Origin: Antedon mediterranea
Lineage: Eukaryota > Animalia > Echinodermata
Direction: 5' to 3'
Assembly (NCBI RefSeq): GCF_964355755.1
Contig: NC_092679.1
Location: forward strand, 11,019,432-11,083,431
Length of the DNA stretch: 64,000 nt
Part shown: positions 1 to 12,875 of the stretch, in pieces
How the letters are laid out: each line of letters begins with the position of its first letter
Position numbering within the stretch: the stretch's first letter is position 1
Notes under the pieces: generated by a model
The model's database searches: none
Seen by the model: only the letters and a program-made list of their open reading frames with translations
Told to the model about the DNA's origin: nothing
Program-made: the position numbers and the translations under genes

Positions 1-580
1 AAACCACATGTTCTGAAAAATTTGCAACAATTTCCAAATGTATACTACCAGTAGTTAGAGAGATATGACAAAACCAGGTCAAAGGTCATAAAGGTCATAA
101 ATGTCACTTCCGGTAATTTTTTGACAAAATGTTTCATTAGAGCAAATAGAAATATGCATATTGTAAACAATTTGAGATCATTTACAAGTGTCTATCATGT
201 AAAGTCAATGTTATGTCTTTAAAATATGGAAAAAAACCCAATAGTGCACTTTTATTAGAATTGTTGGCAGCCATTTTGACAAAACGGTCAGAAATGGCAT
301 TCCCAGTCCCCTTTACATAAAACTCTCCATTAGAGCAAGTATAAAACCACATGTTCCAAACAATTTGCGACAAATTCCAAATGTGTACTACCAGTAGTTA
401 TAGAGATATGACAAAACCGGGTCAAAGGTCAGAGTGACAAAAATGTCATTTCCGGTCAAATTTTTACAAAACTTTTCATTAGAGCAAATAGAAATGTGCT
501 AACTGTAAACAATTTGAGACCATTTATAAGTCTCTACCATGAGTGGTTGCCAAGATAGAGGCACCTGAGCCTATGGGCAG
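1..580. repeat. Tandem repeat (~343-bp unit, about 1.7 copies visible), related to the 60-62 kb array
   Basis: aaaccacatgtt...actaccagtagtt.agagatatgacaaaacc.ggtcaaaggtca recurs at 1 and ~344. The segment aaatgtttcattagagcaaatagaaat is shared with ~61636 and ~62330. Confidence 0.7.
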
Positions 581-1249
581 CCATTTTGAAAACGCGCCCT
601 CACAGGAATACGCACCACTGCGCAATGTGCAGACAACCTGATTTTAGTTCGTATATGGGTAGGGTTAAAAAAAATACTGGTCCCGAAAAATCCCCAGGGG
701 GGGGGGGGAGGGTCCCGTGTTTGAGCCCACAGTCTATTTGTTTAATCATAGTTGTAGGTGGCTGCCAAAATAAGTTAAAATATTGAGTTATAAAAGAAAC
801 AAACTTTTAGAGATACCCTGATGTATTTATTAAATATAATGTATGTATTTTACAAAATGTGTTGTTTAGCAAAGATTATAATAGTTCCCCACTATGCAGG
901 ACCAGATAGATAAATTGATGGCATTATGGTATAATTTACAAATTTAGAAAAAAATTGAAAAATAATTAATTAATAACTTATTATCTATATTATTTCCTCC
1001 ATGATTGTATGTTGTACTGTACTAAAATAATTGTTTACAAAATAAATGATTACAGACTATTTCCTGTTTATTTCAAACTTTAGCTGTTATATTACAGTAT
1101 GTATGATATGAGATATGTCAGTGAAATGCTCGACGCTGATTGAAAATTTACTCGGCACTAACTAGCTTAAGTCTACCCTAAACTACTCGCTGCTGATTGG
1201 CTGCAACTGCTCTAGCATGTAGTATGTACACAATTTTAGGCCTCGGAAA

Positions 1250-1467
1250 AAGGCGTGGGAGGCATATATTTGTTGGGTGTAATGGTAATATGTATAGTGT
1301 AATCAAATAAATATCGGGGAGTTTATTGTTCGGGGGAGGCATTTATTTTTGTGGGTGTAATATGGCAAAAGTATAGTGTAATCAAATAAATACCTCCTAG
1401 ATATGGCCAAATTATAATAATTAATATCGTTTTCGAGAGAGGCGTTTATTTCGAATAAATACGGTAA
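1250..1467. mobile_element. Probable Tc1/pogo-type MITE end
   Basis: Repeated gggaggcat.tattt subterminal motifs ending in ...ttcgaataaatacgg-ta (CCGTA-type terminus with TA). The partner end was not found. Confidence 0.35.
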
Positions 1468-2219
1468 TATAGCAAAGCAGTCAGGTCTCCGACAAAAAAC
1501 ATACACAGGAAGACGCAAGGAAGTTTTTTTATTGGAATGTGTATTATTTGTAAACTTCAGAGTAGTAATGTAGTGAAGAGAAAGACATCAACAGAGGACG
1601 AGGTTAGTAGCTATGCACACGGTGTATCAGCCTTACATTGTGTATACAAAAGTTTTGATAACGGTACCTTCATCATATACACTGCGGCGTCGGCTGAGAG
1701 ATATGCGCGGAGGTGCGCTTGCCTAGTCTACAGTACATGAAAAATGTGTGAAATATTTAACTCTCTCTAGAATTCATTTATAGTTAAATTTAAACTTTCA
1801 AAAAAATCTATATTCCGGAAAATGGTATATTTTATGCATAGGGGTTTTATATTTTGAATTTATGAAATATTAAATTCTAACTTTTTTTTTTGTCTTTTGT
1901 GAGATTCACTCACTTTTATTTCATTCTTTACAATTGTTACAATAATCTATATCAATTTTGTTTCTAACTTTAATTCACCAACTGGAGACTTATATATAAC
2001 TGGTAACATTCTTATCTTTGCAAGCTTGATTCTGCATAAGTCTGATTATTTTATATTTAACTGCAAACATACAGGTGAGATAAAACGATGCACTGTATAT
2101 AGAGGAGTTTTAATCCATGGTTATGGTTGCAGTAATAAATAATGTATGTATATGTAATGTAAAATAATAATGTTAATCTTCTAATTATGTTGTTGTCATC
2201 TATGTCTTTCGTTTCAGAA

Positions 2220-5200
2220 TACAACTACAAAAAAGTTGAAAGAAGGAAAGTGGACCTCAGCTAACTTAGCAGCGCTGAGAAAATTCAAGCGTACTGCTCA
2301 GCTAATATTTATCGGACCTCTCAAAGAAAAGAGTGAAGATGTCAAAGTTCACTATCTGCTCATATGGATAGGTGAAACGGGTAGAGACATGAAAGATAGC
2401 TGGGACCTCACAGAAGAAGAAAATATATAAGTTTGGATAAGCACTGGGAGAAACTAGAGAACTATGTAAAATCACAGTCTAATTTTAGAGTGTCAAGATT
2501 TAGATTACAGGCACTGAAGCAAAACGAAGGTGAGACAATCGACTCATTTTACACAAGAGCAAAAATAATTATAGAGGATTGTGGTTACACAGATAAAGAA
2601 GAACTAATAAATACAATCATAGCTGGTGTACGCGACAATAATATAAGACGAAAACTAATCGCAAAAGACGGACAACTAACGCTTAGTGACGGACTGAAAT
2701 AAATTGGTACCCAGAAACAGATGACGAAAATACAGGACAGCATTGCGCATGTTCAGTCGATAAAGAGATATGCCAATAAATCAGCTTTTGGAAAGAGTAA
2801 ACATAGCTACAGTAAGTGACCAAATAACATTGACTGTACACGTTGTGGGGAATAGCACCCTAAAAATGAATGCACAGCCAAGAATACGAAGTTTTACCAT
2901 TGTGAACGAAAACAAACATAAAGCTGACAGCCTATGGTAACAACAAAATAACAGTGTATGGAGCGACAAATATCACTTGTACTCATGGTACAATGATCAA
3001 GAAATTGAAGTTCCATGTTACAGAAGACAAGGGTAAGACAGCCTGTCTAGACTTCAACCAATCACACTGAACTGTTTAGCAAGCTCCTTCAATTTTAATG
3101 ATTGTTCAATTTAATGCTTCGCAATTTTTAAATTTTTATATCTTTGTATTTTTTATTATTGTTTACTTATATGTTCAAGTGCAGTATATGGAGAGCCATC
3201 TCGATGGTGCTTTGCAATCATGGCAATCCTCAGGGTGCTGCACCGCTGTCTTGTTGTTATGTATTTTTGTGCCTGAAAATTGAATAAAATAAATAAAATA
3301 AAATGTCCAGTGGAACGATGCGATATCACTGAAGTGAATTCGGATTCACCAAAAGGCATACTAACCAAACAGTATCCAGAAGACAGTTTCGAAGAGGCGT
3401 AGGGAAATTTCCAGGAAATTACAAAATTGAGCTAAAAGATGGAGCAGAACCTGTTGTGCACCCACCCAGACATGTTCCAGAATATCAAAAAGCCGCTCTG
3501 AAGAAAGAATTAAACAGAATGATGGACCTTGACATCATTAGAAAGGTAGATCAACTCACAGATTGGGTTAACAGTGTTTAGGTAACAAAGCCATCAGGAG
3601 ATCTGAGAACATGCCTTGACCCCAGGGACTTAAATAAATGGGTCAAGAGACCGCATTACTATACACAGACACTTGATGAAGTTGCCACAATATGTTCTAT
3701 TGTAACATTTTTAGTAAGCATGACAACAATTATTACAATCTTAGACACAAATATGCAATGAATGTACCTTTCTCAAGACTAACTTGTGGCCAAAACTTTA
3801 TTCATATAAATGGACCTAAACTTTATTTCTGTAATAAAATTCCAAGCATGGTGCATAAGCATGGCAAAAGTTTAAAAAGGTCCATTAAAGAATATCTTTC
3901 ATTAATGTATACCTCAGATGGTAACCTAATTAATTAAGATACTTTATTCTATTTTTTTTTTCCATTTATATAATGTATGTAAAGATTAAGTGTTGTATTA
4001 TTATTATTTGTATAATGTAAAGAGGGACTACAGCGACAGGCCCATTGGGCCTTTTGTAGTCTCTCGACTATATATATTATATGCCAACCACTGTTATGAT
4101 ATAATATTTTTGGTCAATAAATGTTTCTTGAATTGAATTGAATTGAATGACATACTACCTAGACTACAAGGTGCAAAGTATTTTACAAAAACTTGATGCA
4201 CGATCAGGGTATTGGAGTATCAAACTTGATGACGTCTCTGAAACACTGACAACATTTAACACCCCATATGGACGTTATTGTTTTAAGTGCTTACCCTTTG
4301 GGTTAATATCCGCACAGGACGTGTTCCAAAAGAAAGTTGATAAAACCTTTGATGGTCTAAACGGTGTTGTAGGGATAAGCCGATGATATGGTAGTATTTG
4401 GAGAAGATGAAAAAACTCATGATGCGAATCTCAAGAAAGTTATGGAGAAAACTAGACAGGTCGGTCTAAGATAAAATATTGACAAATGCTTTGTAAAAGA
4501 AGGACTAATAATAATTTAGGTATTTGTATATAAGCGCCAGAATCAACTAAACCGAAGTAAAAATCAAAGGCGCTTATATTGGATGTTAAAAAGATGCGTT
4601 TTAAGTTCTTTATAAAAAATAGCAATAGAAGTTGAATGACTGAAATCAGACAGCGAAAAAATTGCCGCAATTCAGGAAATGCATGCACCTACATGCAAGG
4701 TAGAATTACTCTTGGTACTAGGAATGGTTAATTACTTAGGACGTTTTAGAGTCGATCACCAAGAAAAATCTGAAAAACATACCAGCAAGATTATTGAGAA
4801 TGCTACTCAGGATACAACCGTAGGAGTATACCGTTGAATATGTACCGGGCAAAGACATCCCAGTAGCTTATGGACAGGCAAAGGTGAAGAGCTCAAAGAA
4901 ATTAACTGCACTATTGATGAAATAGTAAATGCGTCGACCGCTTCCAGGATTGAGAAAATTAGAGAAGAAACTACAAATGACGATCAATTGCAGGCCGTTT
5001 CAAAAATGATAACAAAAGGTTGGCTGGAATACCACAACGAATGTCCAGAGCAAATCCTCGCATTCTGGAATTTTCGAGATGAGTTAGTAGTGCACGACGG
5101 AATTGTACTAAAAAGAAATCGTATTGTAATTCCAAAAATAATGAAGCAAGATATTCTTGAGCAAATACACACAGGCCACCAAGGCATTGAAAAGTGTAGA

Positions 5201-5630
5201 CTGAGAGCGCGAGAAAGCGTATATTGGATTGGCATAAACAGCGACATCAAAAATATGGTCAAAAAATGTGAATCTTGCCAAGGAAACCAAACTTCTCAAC
5301 AGAAAGAACATTTTAATCCACATAGAAGCAACTAAACCGTGGGACATAGTAGGATAAAGGAAATGATAGTGGATTATAGTTCTTTTGTTATTGTCTGCAA
5401 GTTAACTTTGATAACTTCAATGGAAATTGTGAGCAAACTTAAGATAATCTTCTCAGAGTTTGAAATACCAACAGTTTTCATAAGCGTGAACGCGAGAAAA
5501 TATGAATTTTTGTTCATAAAGGAATACAACTTCAAACACTCCACAAGCAGTCCTCATTTCCCACAATACAATGGGAAGGCAAAGCAATATGTAGGTGTCC
5601 CAGTAACCAATAAACATAACAATATATAAT
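2220..5630 (+). mobile_element. Degenerate Gypsy/Ty3 LTR retrotransposon internal region (gag-RT-RNaseH-integrase)
   Basis: Gag-like ORFs 2236-2702 (LKQNEGETIDSF). RT motifs LDARSGYW, TTFNTPYGRY and LPFGL at 4147-4386. Integrase zinc-binding region IHTGHQGIEKCRLRARESVYW...CESC at 4988-5335 and TSSPHFPQYNGKAK. Many stops and frameshifts. Confidence 0.9.
3680..4146 (+). mobile_element. 5'-truncated LINE (CR1/L2-like) 3' end inserted in the Gypsy RT
   Basis: Removing it restores acttgatga|catactacct (TLDDILP), with ATGA duplicated on both sides. The ORF resembles a LINE ORF2 C-terminus (YNLRH...NGPKLY...NKIP). It ends in AATAAA plus a (GAATT)n tail. Confidence 0.7.
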
Positions 5631-6469
5631 TTAATATACATTTATTTTCAGGCAATCGTATTATTGTGGACGAGGCCAGAAGGGCATATATAACAAACAG
5701 ACGACAACAGAGTTAATTGGTGATAAGCCATGAAGAGGTAATAATAAATCAAGAAAAAAAACCATGTAAAATAACATTTTATCAACATTAATTGTTATTA
5801 TTATTTATTTTTAGCATTATTATTATTGTTACGTCTTCAAAGGTTGATCCTATAACTCACCGCATCCTTATCACTATCTTATTATTGCTTGTGAATATTT
5901 ATTATTAATAAGTTTTGGTACCAGTATTTTTCAGGCTCTTGTGGTAAAGGCCCGGACAGTACAGAATGAAATAATGAAAAGGTAGACCTAATTCATGTTT
6001 ATTTTGTTTTTTTGCAAAACTTTATTTTATTTTATTTAGTTTTTTTTATTAATTTATATATTTTGTAACATAGTTTTTTTGTGTACTGACTCATATTTTA
6101 GACAGTTTTTATGAATTATTTTAATAGTGTGATATGAACTGGAGAATAAGGAAATTAGATACTTAAAAAATTAGTTTTTAAATTATTGTGTGCTCATTTT
6201 TACCATAGCTACTACAGATTGAGGAGGGGCAGAATGGCATTAATTATAAGTTGGATCGACTGGTGAGTTGTCAAAACCAGGAAGTTAACAAATAATTTTA
6301 CAACTTCCTACGTAAACCAACAATTCCGCCTTACTTTTTCCCATTACTCTCTGGTAAGTTATTATCAACAAAGAATATTTGTTGGGGGACAGTCCGATGT
6401 CTTGTTGTACAGCACAAGCATGAATTACTAACATAATAAAGTCAAAATTAAACCATATTTTCACTTACT

Positions 6470-8403
6470 TTAGTGGACTTAAATCAACAATATGGGTGCC
6501 AAGTCGGCAAAGAAGCCTGAAGGCTATTGAAAACAATTATGCGGCAACAATCATGCATCTGGAGAACATGTCTACATCACAAAGGGGTGAAGAGGCTGCT
6601 TACGGCCAGAGGCATCATGAAGGCAATGAAAACCACTAGATTTGTAATTCTAGCCAAATGTAGTGTGGGTTTCCAGCATGAACACATATTCATAGGCCAT
6701 GTTTAAGGAAATCATATAGTACACCACATTAAAGTTGATAAGGCTCAAGACAGTGCCTGAAGAATCATCAGCTATATAAGCTGACTAATGATTAATAATA
6801 AATATTAATAATAATAAGATAGAACCAATTTATGTATCATAATTTATTATCTTCTTCAGGTGAAAATCAGCAGACTTACATAAACCTCAACAATAGAAGG
6901 CAGTCCTGTTTGATCTCCGAAGCTACCCCAGACAGCAGTGATTTCAGTAACATCTTGGATGATACTGTTAAGTACCTTGATGCAAGATCTGCAAAGAACA
7001 AAGGACCATTGTTTTGTTTCGAAATATTTGACATTTTGAAATTGCCCCATGATAGGCAGGCAATGTCAACCTATGGTGACAGAGACATTGAACTGCTTGT
7101 AAAGCATTTTGAATCTGTGTTGACAGATGATGAAATCAAAGCGATCCCTGATAAATGGTCAGATTTGAAAATTTGGATGTCAGCCCACAGAGGAGTTGGA
7201 CGATTTTTTGATTTATATGGGGATCTGCTAAGAGAGAATCCACCATCTGAGTAAAGCTCTTGTTGTGGTGCAGGCCCTTCTCACTCTAAGTCCATCCAAA
7301 GCTGCTTGCGAAAGGAGGTTCTCCACTATGAATCGGGTAACATGCCACAGAACACAATCTAATGCAGATATCTGCAGATGGATGTACTCCCCAGATAAGG
7401 CGGTAGAACATTGGTTTTTCTCTGCTAAATGTACAAGGCATCTTGAGCACAAGACCCCAGCAAAAGCGAATGTTGTGGTTGATGAAGAATCAGAATCTGA
7501 GGAGAAACATATTGTTGAAGAAGCAGCAGCAGAATTCGAATCTCGATCAGAGGATATGCCTATCGATGAAGAATCAGATTCTGATTTTTAAGTAAGTCTG
7601 GCAATCAACTAAAAAATGTTGAACATTACATAATTCTACAACAATGTACCAAGATTATTCAATTAGCCATGCAGTATAGACCAATTTTTTTTAAAATACA
7701 TTACACGCCATTATTAATTATTTTTTACTGTACTTATTATTGATTAACATTTCTAAAACAATATGTGCAACTGTAAAGAAAAGAAATTTATAAACCAACA
7801 TTATTAAAGTCTTTATAATATCTGGCTTCATTCTTGAGTCTCCATCCAATTCCTTTTTCCAGTTACTGTTCTAGAATATTATAAATTTACTCACATGGGT
7901 TTGCTTTAGAAGAGTCAATTTTATTTTTAAAAACCAATTAGTTTAAACTACACATAATTTAATTATAAGAAACAATTACATTATTAAAGTACTTTTTATT
8001 TTAAATTTAACATGATAAAGAAAAGAAATTTATACAAACCCAATATTATAATATATGGCTTCATATTTGGGTCTCCATCCAATGCTTTTTTCCAGCTACT
8101 TTTGTAGAATATAGTTCTTTAACTTTACATGCATGGTTTATTTGCTATATTTAAATACTGCCACTCAGTCTCACTGTGTGTTTGTGTTTAAAAACTAATT
8201 AGTTTATTAAATTGTACTTTTTATTTGATATTTAACATGATATTTGTGAAGACTCTCTTTCATTTGTGTAAAGTCCACCTTATAGTAAAATTCTTGAAGA
8301 AGAAATACAGTAAAATTGAGTTAAACTAGTGGGAAAGTAAAAAAGGATGAGGGCAACCAAAATGATGAGGGCAACCAAATATTTTAGGATTCTGCGAGCC
8401 CTG
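6470..8403 (+). mobile_element. hAT transposon remnant (ZNF862-like transposase C-terminus and right terminus)
   Basis: ORFs 6832-7591 contain the hAT dimerisation-domain motif LTLSPSKAACERRFSTMNRV. The right end reads ...gcgagccctg (CAGGGCTC-type TIR) at 8403, preceded by repeated gagggcaaccaaa. Confidence 0.75.
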
Positions 8404-9490
8404 ATTATACCATTGTATAAATCAGGTGATCATAAAGACCTTAACAATTATAGAGGAATATATCTCTAATATCTACTGTATCACGTCCAGGGTGGTTTTA
8501 GAGCTAATCTTAGATGCGAAGATCACATTTTTGTTTTAAAAAGTGTTGTCTCTTGTAGGCTTATCGAAAAGAAAAATACTTACATGGCATTCTTGGACTT
8601 CCAAAAAGGCGTTCGATACTGTATGGAGGGATGGAATGTTAAAAGCTGTATGGGACTGTGGTATAAGACGTATATGGCGGCTGATATATTCATTGTATCA
8701 TAAGTGTGAGGGTACAGTAACATTTGGAGATATTACAACAGATCCTTTTGAAAATGAGGAAGGTGTAAAACAAGGCTGCATCATTTCTCCTACACTTTTC
8801 TGTATTTTTATTAACGAGTTTGTAAAACTTTTAAAGTCACAAAACGTTGATATTAGAATCTCTGACATTTAATTATGGTTGTAATACTTGGTGTAATGGA
8901 AGTAAAGCAGATATTGAAAAGTTAGAACAAATATTTTAAGGACATCACGCAATACGCCTAAAGAAACTCTCTATGGTGACCTAATTGTCTGGGTCAATCA
9001 ATCAAATATTTACCGGTACAGAATGAAATTTGTAGATAGAATTATTATGATGGATATGCATAGGTGGCCAAAGCTAATATTAACAATGATAAACCAAGGA
9101 TGTAACTTCCAAGATTTTCGTTTCAAGTTTCTAAATTTACCGGATAAGCTTTTCTCAGAATGTAATAAACCTAATATTGTTATGCAATTAAGAGAAGGTA
9201 ACGCAATACGCCTAAAGAAACTCTCTATGGTGAACTTGTCTGGGTCAATCAATCAAAAATTTACAGAATGAAATTTGTAGATAGAATTATTGTGATGGAT
9301 ATGCATAGGTGGCCAAAGCTAATATTAACAATGATAAACCAAGGATGTAACTTCCAAGATTTCGTTTCAAGTTTCTAAATTTACTGGATAAGCTTTTCTC
9401 AGAATGAAACCTAATATTGTTATGCAATTAAGAGAAGGTAAAGATTACTTAACGCCATGGTTTTTAAATTTCAAAGATACCAATTATAAA
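8404..9490 (+). mobile_element. Degenerate LINE reverse transcriptase fragment with an internal ~245-bp tandem duplication
   Basis: NNYRGI, (F)LDF.KAFDTVWR and GVKQGCIISPTLFCIFINE motifs. The stretch ~8945-9200 is repeated at ~9200-9440. Confidence 0.85.
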
Positions 9491-11395
9491 TTGTTTCAGT
9501 GAAAGTGGCGATAGAATTTCTGATAGTGACAAAAGTGAAGATGAAGAAAGTAATATTCCTCTATCTGAATTAAACGATCTACGCTCATAAGAGAGAAAAA
9601 TGCAACCGATTCTGATTTAACAGCCGAAGATGAAATAACTTTTATATGTCGGCTTTAATCTTAGCTTTGCATTATTGTTTGTTTAGTTTTAAAAACACAC
9701 GACCATCAAATGGACTACAGGCCCTATAACTCAAATATAAATTTGTGCAATATTGGGCATTATTATAGCATTTTAAATTTACGATTTGTAGCAATGGAAG
9801 TTATTGTTGTTTAGTGATTTTAAAATTATTTTGCCGTATCTTGTATTACCTTACTACATTAAATGTCCTCGATAATAAAATAAATATTCCATTATTCAGT
9901 CTGTTGAGAGAATATACCATTTTACAGAATTGCCACCGCAAAGTAAGCCAACTGAACAGACATGTGAGGCTCTATCTCGTGACTTTGAGATATTCGCTGC
10001 TTGGGTGAGATGTTTTGAACATTTTGTTTTTGATAAGACATGTAAACAGCACAAGAATCCAAACAAAGTATCAGATCACACTCCTAGTAAAACAAACGAC
10101 GATGAAATAACAGATATGGATGTAACACTTGAATGTTATGAATCGTTGGGCCAGTCAACACAAATAATAATAATAAGAATACTGTGTAGATGGCATAACA
10201 ATCGATGAAATAGGTGAAGTTGAAGTGAACACATCTGCCCCAATCCCACCACCAAAGAAGACAACGTTGGCCAAGAATAAAACAGTTCAAGAAAAAAGGA
10301 ATTCTGGAGAGGCCTATTTGTTAGAAAAATCAAACAAACAAATTAAGCCTATAAGTTCATACGACAACCAAGATTCTATTTTTTGCGGACATCACTTAAA
10401 TACCAAGCGTTTATCATGCCAATTATAGATGGCCATGAACCTCCAAGAAAAAAGATACCATATATTTGGTTAGTTAATTTAATTTCACATAATTGATATT
10501 TTTCCTTATTTATAATGGCCAGGTTCTATATAATTGATGCCAGAAACAAGGTATAAACAAATCTCTTTAATATGTTTTAAAATACATGGTCATGCAATGC
10601 TTGACCTGAAATTGTTATTGAATATTGATAATACATTTTTACAATCATAAAATCCAACTGTATGTATGAATAAAATTGTTTTTATTAACTTTGTCAGTAC
10701 ATGTATTCAATAATAATGATTATGAGAAGACAAAATGATAGAGAATTTCATCATGTTCTCTTATTTAATAATAATCATCATGATTCTTAATTTACTTAGA
10801 TCTGTATAAACCATCCATGAAGAGAGGAGCTGTTGTGGTGTATGTATATTTCTATGTACCGTAATTGTAGAAATCATCTATTATTGTCATTATTATAATT
10901 AATTTGATTTTTATTTTTCAAAAATACATCGTGTATACTGTAATTTTTGAAGGAAAACATGTTTTGACAAAACATTTTTTTCTAAAATCATTCCTAATAA
11001 ACATAATTAGTAGTGAGAGAGTTATGCATTTTACTATTTACAGCCAATTGAAGACCAAGAAGACTCGCCTAAGAGTACAAAAATAGATGCAAGTATCCAG
11101 ATATTTCATGTTAACTATTATTTATCATGATGGAATCAATAACAAATGGTTTATGCATAACAAGAATCAAATCATTCTATTTTTTTCTTAGGTTACCAAA
11201 TACTCAATATATTTGAAAACACTCATGAAAAACTTTTGAAAAAAATTACTACTATATAGTACCCTTGATTGATCAGGCCTAACGAATCCCTAGTCTAAAA
11301 TAATTTTAAATAGGACTTATAAATTGAATCGCTCCTGCAGCAGCAGTCGGCTTAATTAAGTTAATGTTATAAATTTCATGTTTTATATTGAATAG

Positions 11396-12477
11396 GTTAG
11401 ACAAGGAAACATTTAAATATGTTGTCGATGAACTGAGACCCCACATTGGAAAATCTGACAACAACAACGGACCAACATTTTCTGCCGAATGGAGAGTAGC
11501 GATGACGTTATACAGGCTATCCACCGGAATGCCATTTAACAAGACAGCAAATCAGTTTGGTTGTGCAAAATCAACTGCTTGCACGGTCTACCATGAAGTC
11601 TGTGAAGCAATCGAAGCTGTTCTGATGCCGAAGTTCATAAACTTTCCAACTGGACAACAACTAAAGGTAATAATACAACAAACAAATTTTGAGGGGATGT
11701 CTGATATTTTCTTATTAATTTACCCTACACAAAACCAATCATGCAATATCTTTTTCTTTTGCACAGAAAAATATGGAAAAATTCAAGATAAAAGGTGGCT
11801 TTCCTCAAGTTGTAGGTGCCATTGACGGTACACATATCGCCATAATTGCTCCCCGTGATCAATCGCAAGATTATTTTAATAGGAAGGAATACTTTAGCAT
11901 TGTGCTTCAAGGAGTGGTGGATGCAGACGGCATGTTTATCAACACTTTTTGTGACATGCCCGGGAGTGTCAATGACGCCCGTGTGTTCAACATATCGAAT
12001 TTTGGTGAACGATTAAAAGACAAAAGTATTTTTGAACCATATATCGTAGAAACTGTAAATAATGTTCAGGTACCGCCACTAATACTAGGTGATGGGGCAT
12101 ACCCTTTACTGCAAAACTTAATGCGCCCATTTCCAAATCGCCCAAATCGCCAAAGGGAGCATGCCAGGTTCAACTATAAATTATCCCAATGCAGGGTTAT
12201 TGTTGAGCATGCATTTGGCCGCTTAAAAGGAAGATGGCGCATACTTTTAAAGCGCAATGAACATGAAATTCAAAAGTTGCGCCCAGTTATTCAAGCCTGT
12301 TGCACATTGCATAATATTTGTGCTAGTAATGGTGTGCCGTATCAACCCCATTGGACTGATGATGAAGTTAGAGCTAGCCTTGGCAATCACCACAACCGAA
12401 TGAACCCAATCACCGAAGGGCCCAGAGCCGAGCAAATTAGAAGTGCCATTATCCAAGAGTTGATGAAAGAAACATAA
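11396..12477 (+). CDS. PIF/Harbinger transposase (HARBI1-like DDE nuclease); exons 11396-11666 and 11767-12477; 5' exon not found
   Basis: HTH region (LYRLSTG...ANQFGCAKSTA) and catalytic GAIDGTH / LGDGAY / VEHAFGRLKGRW motifs. A 100-bp GT-AG intron at 11667-11766 joins the two ORFs in phase 0. Confidence 0.92.
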
Positions 12478-12875
12478 CCTTCAATGAAGAAAAACAATTT
12501 AATGAACTTGGTGGACGGATTTATTGATAACCAAATATTTTTCTTTATCGCAAAATAAACATGTAAATAAAATACATTTAAAGGTGGAGTGATTAAAGTT
12601 AAGAAAGAAACTGGCATTTTTTTTGGTGAAGCTGAAACATTTTATAATTGCACAAGAATGTTTTTGTTAAGAAGTTATTATAAAATAGACATAAATATAC
12701 TAACACAACTACTACTACTACTGTACTGATATATTAAAGTTGCAATTAAAAAAAAAGAAAATCTGTATTCACATGTATTTATTGAAGTATACCATATTAA
12801 TAAAATATGCGACCAATTTACAAGTTTGAGTTGTAGTGCTATTTGCATGATCATATATTACACAAAGGATAAACA

